Below, one piece after another: positions 50,066-60,491 of a stretch of DNA of 64,000 bases. Source of the DNA: Ostreococcus lucimarinus (taxonomy: Eukaryota). How positions within the stretch are numbered: position 1 is the stretch's first letter; each line of letters starts with the position of its first letter. The translations under genes and the position numbers were made by a program. The notes beneath the pieces are model-generated. The model did not search any database. It was not told the DNA's origin and saw only the letters and a program-made list of their open reading frames with translations. The DNA is taken from assembly GCA_000092065.1 (NCBI GenBank), contig CP000600.1; one strand, 5' to 3'.

Positions 50066-51548
50066 ACGGACGAGGACGAGGACGCGCGCGACGGCGACGC
50101 GCGTCGATGAGAAAGACGTCGATGAGGACGACGAGGAGGACGACGCGTACTACACGTGGCGCGTGGGGGGGGCGAACGATTTGAAGATCACGCACCTGCG
50201 GGACGTGCATCGCGGCGACGCGCCGCCGCGAGCGAGGCCGAGCCCGTTCTGCACGAAGAGCTCGTGCCCGCTGAACGTCGGACCGAGAACGTCGCTGACG
50301 TTTAATAGTAACTTTGTGAGCAATAGTGATCGGATATTGCTGAACTCGGTGGCGTACGGGAGCGCGGCGGATCCGACGCAGACGTGCTCGTTGTCGAGCG
50401 ACGTGTACGACCCGAGCGGGTGCGATTACGTGCCGGAGTGGGTCGTCCGGGCGGGACCGAGGGCGGAGGTTTATTTCGATCCAGAGGAAGTGCACGCGGC
50501 GGTGGTGACGTGCGGAGGATTGTGCCCGGGAATCAATGACGTCATTCGATCGCTCGTGAACACCCTGGAGGTTGGCTACGGGGTGAAGAAGATTAGCGGC
50601 GTGCGATACGGATTTAAAGGGTTCTTCTCCGGCGACGAATTCATGCCGTTGAACAGGAAGGTGGTGAGAAACATTCACAACATCGGTGGGTCTGCGCTTG
50701 GATCCGGCAGAGGCGGTGGAGACGTGGAGAAAATCGTGGAATCTATCGTAAATAACGGAATCAACATGGTTTTCGTCATCGGCGGCAACGGCACGCACGC
50801 CGGGGCAAACGCGATAAGTAATGAATGCGCCAAGCGAGGGGTCAAGGTCTCCGTAGTGGGCGTCCCGAAGACGATAGATAACGATATCCTTCTTCTGGAT
50901 AAGACTTTTGGGTTCGACACCGCGGTCGAAGAGGCACAGAAAGCGATTCAAGCCGCGGCCATTGAGGCGCAGAGCGCCTATCGCGGCGTCGGCGTGGTGA
51001 AGCTCATGGGACGTCAGAGCGGATTTATAGCCATGTTCGCGACGCTGGCGAACGGACAAGTCGATTGCTGTTTGATTCCCGAGATTAGCTGGGCGGCACA
51101 CGGCCCGAATGGCGTGGTCGAGTACGTTCGAAACATGTTGGACGCTCAAGGTCACGCCGTCGTCGTCCTCGCCGAGGGCGCCGGCCAAGAGTTCGTCTCC
51201 GCCGGCGGCACCGACGCCGGCGGTAACCCCAAGCTCGGTGACATCGGTCAATGGTTTTGCAAGCAACTCAAAGCCGAGATCAAGTGCGACGTCAAGTACA
51301 TCGATCCCACGTACATGGTTCGCGGTTGCGTCGCCAACGCCCACGATTCCATCATGTGCACCGTCCTCGGCCAAAACGCCGTCCACGGCGCCTTCGCCGG
51401 TTTCACCGGCATCTCCGTCGGCTCCGTCAGCGCGCACACCGCGTTTTTACCGATCCCTCGCATGATCGAGCGCGAGCGTTTGGTCGATCCCGACGGTCGC
51501 ATGTGGCACCGCACCCTGGCCAGCACCGGGCAGCCAGACTTCTTCTGA
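49908..51548 (+). CDS. pfk: ATP-dependent 6-phosphofructokinase (plant-type PFK)
   Basis: Motifs VVTCGGLCPGINDVIR, VIGGNGTHAGA, GVPKTIDNDI and MGRQSGFIAM are present. The N-terminal extension contains poly-Thr from an (ACG)n repeat. Confidence 0.8.
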
Positions 51549-51657
51549 CTTTGTCTGTTTGTAACGCCACGCACCCGCGACGCGGATTCAAACCCTGTGT
51601 TTTTTGTCCCGCGTCGACGCGACGCGACGCGCGACAGCGACGCGCGCGCGATCGAAC

Positions 51658-53578
51658 ATGGCCGACGCCGCCGATGAACCGACGCTGAAGGAGTTCCCGG
51701 AGTTCCCGGGCGAGCCGATGAGCAAGAGGTGCGGCGCGACGCGCGCGAAAGACGCGACGACGACGGCGGATGGCGCGATGGCTGGCGCGATGGATGGATG
51801 GCGCGACGGCGCGACGGTGACGCGCGACGCGAACGAGGACGACGACGACGGACGCGAGACTGACGACGCACTCGCGCGCGCGATGACGACGACGGCGCAG
51901 TGAGTATAAGAAACGGCTGAAACAGAGACAAAACGAAGAGAAGAAGGCGGCCAAGGACGCGGCCAAGGCGGAGGCGGAGGCGGCAAAGCCGAAGAAGGAG
52001 AAGAGCGAAGAGGACGACGAAGCGGATTTGGACCCGACGCAGTACACGCAAAATCGAATTAATAAGGTGCTTAGCGCGAAAGCGAAGGGAGAGTCGCCGT
52101 ATCCGCACAAGTATCACGTCGATACGCGCGTGGGGGAGTTTATCGAAAAGTATTCCGGGTTGGCGGATGGGACGACGGCCGAGGGCGAGAGCGCGTCCGT
52201 GGCGGGACGCATCATGTCTAAACGGGCGAGCGGGAAGAAATTGTACTTTTACGATCTTATTGCGGATGGTAAGAAGATTCAAGTGACCGCGGATGAGGGT
52301 GCGGCATCGGGATATGATTTCCAAAAGATTCACAGCGCGACGAGACGCGGGGACATTGTCGGCGTCAAGGGTACGCCCGGGAAGACGAAACGTGGGGAGC
52401 TCTCGCTGTTCCCGTCTAATTTTGAGATCTTGACCCCGTGCTTGAAGATGCTTCCCGGTTTTTCGGGGTTGAAGGATGTCGAAACGCGCTTCCGCATGCG
52501 CTTTTTGGATTTGATGATGAACAACGAAGTTCGCGACACGTTTTACATCCGATCCAACATCATTCGATACATCCGCAAGTACTTGGATGATCGCGATTTC
52601 CTTGAGGTTGAGACGCCGATGATGAATATGATCGCCGGTGGTGCCACCGCGCGACCGTTCATCACCCACCACAACGACTTGAACATGACGCTCTACATGC
52701 GCATCGCGCCCGAGCTTTACCTCAAACAGCTCGTCGTCGGAGGTATCGAGCGCGTGTACGAAATCGGTCGTCAGTTCCGTAACGAAGGGATCGATATGAC
52801 GCATAACCCTGAGTTTACCACTTGTGAGTTCTATCAAGCGTACGCCGATTACGATGACTTGATGCAAATGACTGAAGAGATGATCTCCGGCATGGTGTAC
52901 GCCATCAAGGGCTCGTACAAGATTCAATACCACGCCAAGGGCCCGGATGAGGATCCGATTGAGATTGATTTCACGCCGCCGTTCCGCCGCATCTCCATGG
53001 TTAGCGGTCTCGAAGAAGCGCTCAACATCAAGTTCCCATCCACTGACTTCTCTACGCAAGAAAACGAAGATTTCTTGAAGGAATTAATCAAGAAGTTGGG
53101 CGTCGAAATGTCTCCACCGTACACCACGGCGCGTATGCTCGATGAGCTCGTCGGCGAATACTTGGAGTCTCAACTCGTCAACCCGGGTTTCATTTGCGAC
53201 CATCCGCAAATTATGTCCCCTTTGGCCAAGTATCATCGCAATATTCCCGGTATGACCGAGCGTTTCGAGCTCTTCGTGAACACGAAGGAGCTTTGCAACG
53301 CGTACACCGAGTTGAACGATCCTATCGATCAACGCGAGCGCTTTGACGAGCAAGCCAAGGCGAAATCTAGCGGCGATGACGAAGCGATGCTTATCGATGA
53401 AGTGTTCGTGCAATCTTTGGAGTACGGTTTGCCGCCCACCGGGGGCTGGGGCTTGGGCGTCGATCGCCTCACGATGCTTCTCGCGGACAAGAACAACATC
53501 AAGGAGGTCTTGCTCTTCCCGGCGATGAAACCGGAAGAAAACATCCCGGCCGACGGGATGAAGAATCTGTCCGTGTAA
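51658..53578 (+). CDS. KARS: lysyl-tRNA synthetase (class II), two exons: 51658..51728 and 51901..53578
   Basis: The large ORF begins with a TTG pseudo-start, but its frame stays open upstream and encodes the Lys-rich eukaryotic N-terminal extension ([20 protein letters not shown]...). The ATG exon [23 protein letters not shown] ends at AAGAG|gtgcgg. The acceptor gcgcag|T restores the frame. The intron is 172 bp. The class II core motifs are [10 protein letters not shown] and [20 protein letters not shown]. Confidence 0.8.
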
Positions 53579-53708
53579 CCCCTACGCGATGGACGCGCAC
53601 GATTAAGAGATATCTACAGACGACGAATGAAATAATTAATTCCTAGAAAAGTGAGTCTCAAATCACAACAAATTATAAAAGCCACGGCGCGCGTTCGCTC
53701 GGCGCCGT

Positions 53709-53978
53709 TTACTCCTTCTTCACCGGCGAATCCATGGTTTCGACCGCCGAGAGGTCACCGAGGTCGCCGAAGCGATTGGCGAAGCGGCTCACTTGACCCG
53801 CATCCGTCATGATCGCCGACGATCGTCCTTGAAAGAACGGGTGGTTGCCGCTCCAAATATCCACGACGTACTCCGCTTGCGTGCCTCCCACCGTCATGAC
53901 TTCCTCCCCGTTGCAGAAAACCTTCGCTTCCTCGAACCACTCCGGCTGTTCCTTCGCGCCTTCCTTCTTCGCGTGCAT
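53709..53978 (-). CDS. rpmE: ribosomal protein L31, bacterial/organellar type (rpmE-like, nuclear-encoded)
   Basis: EEAKVFCNGEEVMTVGGTQAEYVVDIWSGNHPFFQGRSSAIMTDAGQVSRFANRFG matches the L31 consensus (CxG...T...VDxWSGNHPFxxG...RFxxRxG). The ORF track starts at a GTG; the first ATG is at 53978. No transit peptide lies within the ORF. Confidence 0.7.
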   Translation of the reverse strand: MHAKKEGAKEQPEWFEEAKVFCNGEEVMTVGGTQAEYVVDIWSGNHPFFQGRSSAIMTDAGQVSRFANRFGDLGDLSAVETMDSPVKKE

Positions 53979-54484
53979 CTTCACCGACGCCCGTCGGGCC
54001 TGCGCATCATCGAAACGAAACGCTCAAAGTCAGTCTCCCTCGCGGCGCGAATAGGTTTTATTTTATCTACGCCAGCCATCCACCGCGCGCGTCCCGCGGT
54101 CGTCTCCCGCGCCCCGCGCCCGATCTCGCGTTCGTTTCCGCGCGCGCGCGAGATTTAAAATTATCCCGCGCCCCGTCCTCGCGCCGCCGTCCTCGCCCGA
54201 TCCCGCGCGCGCGCGTCCCTCGTCCGTCGTCGTCGCGCGCGCGTCGCTAGGGTCGTCCCCGTCGTGACGTCGCGCCGCGTTCGCGGTCGCTCGCGTCGTC
54301 GTCGCGCACCTCTCGTCGCTGCGCGCGCGCGCCGGCGGTGGCGGTAAATCTCGTCGTCGTCGTCGTCGTCGTCGCGTGCATCGCGTCGATCGCGTCGCGC
54401 GTCGCGGTGTCCCAATCGCGTCGCCGCGCGCGACGCCCGGCGTCGCCGAGCGAGACCTTCCCGTGAACGCGCCACACGGATCTT

Positions 54485-54511
54485 TTGAGACCACGAGACG
54501 GCGACGTCCCG

Positions 54512-54549
<38 letters not shown>

Positions 54550-55519
54550 CGCGCAGACGACGACGCGCGCGCGGACGACGGGCGCGATGTCCGCGCACGC
54601 GGTGACGGCGACGACCGCGAGCGATGGGACGTGCGCGACGACGGACGAGCCGAGCGAGTGCGCGTCGAGGAAGCGCGGACGCGGTGGCGCGACGGCGACG
54701 ACGACGAGCGAACGCGACTGCGGGACGAGGGACGGACCGGAGTCGAGCGCGGGACAGGGGACGACGCTGTATAAGCGACGACAGCGACAGGCGCGGAGAA
54801 GCGTGAATGGACGAGAGTTCGCGCGGCGATTGATTGATTTTCGAGGATTTGACTTGAGCGAGACGCAGGCGAACGACATCGCGCGGTTTATTGAATTGTT
54901 GCCGGAGGAGATGGAAGAACGCGTGCGTGAGACGCTGGAGAATTGTAGTGATATTGATGATGCGATCGGGAAGCTGGCGAGCGTGAAGATGGTGGAGCAG
55001 ACGGCGCAGTGCTCGGTGGGCGATTTCGTGAGCGAGGCGGCGATCTCCGAGGCGGCGAATAGCGCGGGAGGCGAGGGGAACGCGGGAGATGTTGGTGAAC
55101 GCGAAATGGGGACGGCCACGTCGAGCGCGCCCGTGTTGACGATGGAGTGGGTAAACGCGATCGTGAACGAGATGGGAGCCTCGGTGGACGTGTCGGATGC
55201 GCAGAATCGCGCTTCGCGAGTCTTGCAAACATTTGAGGGCGCCGTGAGACAGAGATGCGCGGAGTTTAACGATTATAGCAAAGTGATGAAGATGAAGCGA
55301 GAGAACGCTTTGTTGAAGCGTGCGGTGGCGATTCAGAACTCACGCATGCAAGACTTGGCGCCGCTTCAGGCCCGCGTGCGCGAACTCGAAGCCGCGTGCG
55401 CGCAGTACGACGACAGGCTCAAGACGGCGGAGAGACAAAATTACTCGCTCAGCGTCAACTTAAGGCTCGCTATGGCGGAACAGTCGCCGTTTGGTTCGAA
55501 AAACCACGATGTATTTTGA
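54485..55519 (+). CDS. hypothetical protein with a C-terminal coiled coil
   Basis: The N-terminal 100 codons are Arg/Thr-rich. After that comes a structured region (LIDFRGFDLSETQANDIARFIELLPEEMEERVRETLENCSDIDDAIGKL; VLTMEWVNAIVNEMGASVDVSDAQNRASRVLQ) and a coiled coil. The start is uncertain. Confidence 0.35.
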
Positions 55520-55606
55520 TAGAGAGTGCGGACGTTGACGCTGCAAAAGCGCGATAGCTTTCCAACTCTACGATGTAATAAATGTACACAAAAATCGCTA
55601 CTATTG

Positions 55607-57334
55607 TTATACTTGCGACGTCGTCGCGTCGTCGTCGTCCTGGCGCCATCCCGGTGGACCTCTAAGGTATCGAAACGTGATATTGATTCGTTCTTTTCCG
55701 TTCGTCGGGACGCGATTCTTCGGCACCGCGTGATAATGAGTGTGCTGCAAGGAACCGTCCATCACCATCAGCGAGCCGTGCTCGAGAAAGATTGATGTCT
55801 TCTTCTTCGCTCGAGATTTCACCTGAACGTCAAACTTTCTCGTGTGACCGACGCTCACGGCCGCGATACACGCGTTTTTACCGAGTTCGGGTTCGTCATC
55901 GGCGTGAAACGCCATGGAATCGTCCCCATCGCGATAACGATTTAAAAGTATATGGTTGAACGTCGCGCCGCATTTCGCCTCAACCGCGGTCTGCAGGCGG
56001 CGCAACACCTCAGGCACGGGTACCGGATCGAGCGTCTGGCCACTATATTTGTACGGTAGATCGCCCGCCCACGACACGAGTCTCGGTTGGACGACTTCTT
56101 TCGTGACGCCTTTGTCGGGTTGCCAAACGACGATGGAGCGCTGCGCCCATGTCACGGGCGGCGACGACACGAGGCTAGACAACAGTTCGTTCGCCGCGTC
56201 TTCGTCGAGGAATTGACGACAAATGCCTAATCTCCCATCGGACTCCTCTGGGTCGACGACTTTGTACACTAACTCGGTCGGATTGTCGTCGAATCCTTCG
56301 AAACTGCTAACGATTTGCCGCTCGAGTTCCGCCTCGACGTTGCGTCGCTGTTCTTCCACGTTCACGCCGAAAAATTCGAGCAAAATCGCTTCCATCTCGT
56401 CGTAGTGCGCAACATCTTCCCGTAATCGTGAAACAGCGACGGCGTCGCCCGCGTCCGCGAGCCGCTCGAGTCGCGTCAAGTTTAGGCTCGACTGCCTGCG
56501 CACCTCGCGAACCCATTCCAGACGTTTTTTGACGTACAACTTGAGCAACGGCGACTCTTTCGGAGATTGTGCGCCCAAACACGGGCCTATGATTTCATCT
56601 CTCATCGTGAACGGTCGTTTCGTCGCAGCCGTCTCGTTCTCCGCGCACAGAATCAGATGCATCGTTCCGTTTTCCACGACGAGCCGCTCGTCGACGACGC
56701 GATAGTCGTTCGCGCGCAACCATCGACGCACTTGCGCGCCATCTTTCGCCGGCGGATTCAACACTACGCGCTTTAAACTTCCGCGTCGGTTTCCCGACCC
56801 CCCACACCCGCCCTCCTCGAGCACGCGCGCCATGGTATTCGCCCCCACGCCCGCGACGACCAAGACGTCGACGCGCTCGTCGTCCCGCAGCGCCGACAAC
56901 CCGTCGCCCAGTCTCAAATCCACCGTATCCACCGCCGCGCCATCACCGCCGACCATCTCCACTTCTTTTTTCGCCCTCGCCACGTTCTTTTTCGCGCGTT
57001 CAATCTCCGCCTCGCTTCGATCGATCGCGACGACTCGCGTCGCGTTCGCCTCGGACGCGCAGCCGAGCGCCAGCAGCGCGTGTCCGCAGCAGCAATCCAC
57101 CACGACGCCCTCCCCGTCGCCGTCTTCGATCGCGCTCATCGCTCGCAGCGCTTGCAACCGAGACGACCACGCCCACGACGCCGCGCGCGGGACGTCGTCG
57201 CGGTCGAGCGCGGGCGCGTCCGGGGCGTCGCGCGCTCTGAACCGCGCGCGCGCGTCCCCGCGGCGGCGACGTCCCGCCGCGCGACGAGGCGTCGACGTCG
57301 ACGTCGCGCTCGACGCGCGCGCGCTCGACCGCAT
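55607..57334 (-). CDS. fusion protein: TrmK-family tRNA (adenine-N1) methyltransferase domain + AlkB-family 2OG/Fe(II) dioxygenase domain
   Basis: ORF 55607..58306 trimmed to the ATG at 57334, because the upper part is antisense to MAD2. Residues about 55-235 align with bacterial TrmK/YqfN (SSRLQAL...VVVDCCCGHALLALG...RLGDGLSAL...VDVLVVAGVGANTMARVLEEG...LKRVVLNPPAKDGAQVRRWLRANDYRVVDERLVVENGTMHLIL). The C-terminal 120 aa carry the AlkB HxD...H...RxxxxxR triad (MAFHADDEP, LEHGSLMVMDG, HTHYHAVPK, RINITFRYL). Confidence 0.65.
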   Translation of the reverse strand: MRSSARASSATSTSTPRRAAGRRRRGDARARFRARDAPDAPALDRDDVPRAASWAWSSRLQALRAMSAIEDGDGEGVVVDCCCGHALLALGCASEANATRVVAIDRSEAEIERAKKNVARAKKEVEMVGGDGAAVDTVDLRLGDGLSALRDDERVDVLVVAGVGANTMARVLEEGGCGGSGNRRGSLKRVVLNPPAKDGAQVRRWLRANDYRVVDERLVVENGTMHLILCAENETAATKRPFTMRDEIIGPCLGAQSPKESPLLKLYVKKRLEWVREVRRQSSLNLTRLERLADAGDAVAVSRLREDVAHYDEMEAILLEFFGVNVEEQRRNVEAELERQIVSSFEGFDDNPTELVYKVVDPEESDGRLGICRQFLDEDAANELLSSLVSSPPVTWAQRSIVVWQPDKGVTKEVVQPRLVSWAGDLPYKYSGQTLDPVPVPEVLRRLQTAVEAKCGATFNHILLNRYRDGDDSMAFHADDEPELGKNACIAAVSVGHTRKFDVQVKSRAKKKTSIFLEHGSLMVMDGSLQHTHYHAVPKNRVPTNGKERINITFRYLRGPPGWRQDDDDATTSQV

Positions 57335-57476
57335 GGTCGACGCCGCGACGCGCCGGCGCCCGCGAGCGCGCGACGTCGGCGTGTGCGCGGCGTCGCGAGG
57401 GCGACGGACGCTCGCGCTCGACCTCGACGTCCAGGCGCCGACGTCGAGCGCGGGATCGGTTTGAATCGAAACCGCA

Positions 57477-57893
57477 GTGAAACGCGCGCTCGAGCGCGCC
57501 GACGCCGCGACGCTCGAACGCGACATGGCGCAAGAGCAACGGCGCGGCGCGACGTCGAGCGCGATCACGCTCCGAGGGTCGACCGAGCTCGTGACGGAGT
57601 TTTTCGGGTACGCGGTGAACACCATCTTGTACCAGCGCGGGGTGTACCCGGCGGAGGAGTTTGAACGAAAGAAAAAGTACGGACTCGGGGTGATGGTGAC
57701 GAACGAACCGAAATTAAAGGAATACTTGGTCGCCGCGCTCGAACGCGTGAACGCGTGGTTGATGGAGAAGGATTTGAAAAAGTTGGTGCTGGTGCTCGCG
57801 GACGCGAAGACTGGGGAGACGCTGGAGCGCTGGACGTTCGACGTGGAGACGGATGCGGAGATCGTGGATGAGAACGGTGGTGATGCGAACGGA

Positions 57894-57943
<50 letters not shown>

Positions 57944-58208
57944 GGAGAAGCCGGAGAAGGAAATTATGCAAGAGATACAAGCCATCATTCGGCAAATCAC
58001 GGCTTCGGTGACGTTTTTGCCTCTGCTCGATCGCGAGTGCGCGTTCGAACTCTTGGCGTACACGGACGCGGCGAGCGCGACGCCGGAGGAGTGCGAAGAG
58101 AGCGATCCGAAGTATGTTCGAGACGGCGTCGAGATGCGGTTGCGTTCGTTTAGCACGAAGATCCATACCGTCGACGCGGGGGTGTCGTACAAGACGGAGG
58201 ACGACTGA
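57477..58208 (+). CDS. MAD2: mitotic spindle assembly checkpoint protein MAD2 (HORMA domain)
   Basis: ITLRGSTELVTEFFGYAVNTILYQRGVYPAEEFERKKKYGLGVMVT...LERWTFDVE...IRQITASVTFLPLL...EMRLRSFSTKIHTV aligns along its length with human MAD2L1. Confidence 0.85.
57894..57941 (+). repeat. (ACG)16 trinucleotide repeat encoding poly-Thr inside MAD2
   Basis: The perfect acg repeat is translated as T x16 between ENGGDANG and REKPEKE. Confidence 0.9.
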
Positions 58209-59144
58209 ACCGCGAGCGAGAGCGACATTTGTAATATCAACCAACGAAGCCGACGCAACGCGCAGCGCGTACGGTGAATGCGGTACGCGCTCGACGCCCA
58301 ATTCAACTCGCATCGTCCGACGAACGCTAAGTCTTTACGTACAAGCCGAAATTAAACGCGCCGACGTCGGCCGGCGCGCGCGACGCGACGCGCGACGTTG
58401 ACCGAGCTCACCCCGAATCGGCGTCCGATGTCGACGAAAAGTTAGGACAAGCTAGAACGTGTAACTCTCGTGTCGTCACAAAAGTTTCGGCGACGTTCGC
58501 GCCGTCGAGCGGTGCGAAGTCGCGCCGAACCATCGCGAGCAAACCATCACACACCATCTCAAATGATGCAAAATCCATCATTCGGGCGCTTAAATCGCGT
58601 CCGAATTCGACGAAAAGTTGGGAAAAGCTGGAGAACGAAAAGTTCTCGCCGTCGGCGCGAAAAGCATAAAGAAACCAAGCGATACCGGGGGTTCCTGACG
58701 TCTTCCGACATCGGTACTTATCCGGCCCACGCGGTCTTAACTGAGAAGTTCCGATGGGTTTCTGTGATTTTCCGCGGGTGTGGTCGCTTGATGACACCAT
58801 GTGCCGCACGACCCTTTAGCCGCGCACCACGCGGGGTCACGGCGCGAACGTTACGGGTACTTTTGACGCCGTGTCGGTACTTTAAGAGTCGAAAACCTAT
58901 ACATTCACAAAATGCACCCCTCAATTATCGCGTCATCGCATCGCCGCTCGCGATTAGGCGCTTAAAAACCTCGATGTACGTGAATTCATCGCCCTTTTTT
59001 CGTTTCGTTCCCTGACTTTACCCTGTTTACCCCGTCTGACTGTTTACCCATAGATACCATAGAATTCAAGCGGTCGCAAACAACAACACGGATCCCCACC
59101 CCCCCTCGACACGCGCGCATGCCCCCCTGTGCCGCGGTCGTTGA

Positions 59145-60350
59145 GTGGATAATCGCGATCGGTCGACGATCGACGCCGCGCGACGCCGCACATTCGCGCG
59201 CCGAATCCACACCGCACACGCTCTCACGCACACGATGCACGCCGCTCGAGCGCTCCCGACGCAGTTCGCGAACGCGAAGACTTTCGTCGCGAACGCGAAC
59301 GCGACGACACCGACACGTCACGGACGACGGGCGACGATGACGACGACGCGCGCGACGATGGTGCCGATCGAAGAGCTGAAGACGACGACGACGAAGGCGA
59401 TTCGAGGGATCGGGTACAACGAAAAGGACGCCAAGGTGATTTTGGACGTGCTCATGTACGCGCAGTTGCGAGGGAACAACCAAGGGATCATCAAGGTGAC
59501 GACGAACGGGCTCGCGATGGCGCCGGACGCGGAACCGATGGTGGTGACGCACGAAACGAAGCTTTCGGCGGCGATCGACGGTAAGAAAACGCAAGGTATG
59601 CTTGTTTTGGCCGAAGCGACGCGCGTGGCGCACGAAAAGGCGAAGGAACACGGGTTCGGGATCGTGGGGACGTGCAACACGAGCACGTCCACGGGGGCGC
59701 TCGGGTATTATTGCAAATCCGTCGCCGACCAAGGCATGATCTCCATCTGCTTCGCGCAATCCCCGGAATTCGTCGCCCCGGCCGGGAGCTCGAAGGCTAT
59801 TTTCGGCACCAACCCGATCGGCGTGGGCATTCCCTCGTCCGAAGGCGCCATGGTGCTCGACATGGCCACGAGCGCGTACAGCTGGTTCGGCGTGCTCGAG
59901 GCGAAGACCGCGGGACGCGAACTCCCGGATGGTGCGGCTCAAGACAAGAACGGCGTGTTGACCAAGGACCCGAATGAAGTTCTCGACGGTGGTGCCATCC
60001 GAACTTTCGATGGTGGTTACAAGAGCAGCAACTTGGCGCTCGTCATCGAGCTCCTCGCCGGTCCGCTCGTCGGCGCCGCCATCGAAGGCAAGCTCGCGGC
60101 GAAGAACTGGGGTAACTTGATCATGGTGATCGACCCGAAGATGCTCGGCCAAGCTGATTTCGAGAAGAACGCCGCGTTCGTGATGAACCGCGTGCGCAAC
60201 GCGCCCAAGCAACCGGGCGTCGATGCCATCAACCTTCCGGGCGAGCGCGGCGACGCCATCGCCAAGGCGAACGAAGCAAAGGGCGAAATTGACGTCGAGA
60301 CCAACCTCTGGAACAATTTGAAGAAGGCTGCCGAGGCGTTCTCGGGCTAA
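59145..60350 (+). CDS. Ldh_2 family (malate/L-lactate/L-sulfolactate dehydrogenase-like) NAD(P)H-dependent oxidoreductase
   Basis: Family blocks GYNEKDAKVILDVLMYAQLRGNNQGIIKV, AIFGTNPIGVGIPS and LDGGAIRTFDGGYKSSNLALVIELLAGPL are present. The N-terminal 70 aa are a presequence-like extension; the mature start is probably near MVPIEEL (about 59353). Confidence 0.7.
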   Translation: MDNRDRSTIDAARRRTFARRIHTAHALTHTMHAARALPTQFANAKTFVANANATTPTRHGRRATMTTTRATMVPIEELKTTTTKAIRGIGYNEKDAKVILDVLMYAQLRGNNQGIIKVTTNGLAMAPDAEPMVVTHETKLSAAIDGKKTQGMLVLAEATRVAHEKAKEHGFGIVGTCNTSTSTGALGYYCKSVADQGMISICFAQSPEFVAPAGSSKAIFGTNPIGVGIPSSEGAMVLDMATSAYSWFGVLEAKTAGRELPDGAAQDKNGVLTKDPNEVLDGGAIRTFDGGYKSSNLALVIELLAGPLVGAAIEGKLAAKNWGNLIMVIDPKMLGQADFEKNAAFVMNRVRNAPKQPGVDAINLPGERGDAIAKANEAKGEIDVETNLWNNLKKAAEAFSG

Positions 60351-60491
60351 GCACGCGCGCATTGTTGGAATATTATCCTCTTCATCACGATTTCAAACGA
60401 TGATTTCATTTAATTAAACTGTTTCTAAATTCCTCAACTCATGAACGCTTGCAAGCATTTTTTGCGTACGACGCCGCGCCGCGCTATGGAT

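Noticed and set aside
51248-53059. 603-aa minus ORF antisense to PFK and lysyl-tRNA synthetase
   Set aside because: It shadows two well-supported plus-strand enzymes. The composition is low complexity and no motifs are present.
54161-55228. 355-aa and 290-aa minus ORFs upstream of L31
   Set aside because: Arg/Pro/Ser-rich and antisense to the 54485..55519 gene. Considered as a possible L31 presequence exon, but they are out of frame and implausibly long.
58986-60362. 458-aa minus ORF
   Set aside because: Antisense to the Ldh_2-family dehydrogenase, Arg-rich, no motifs.
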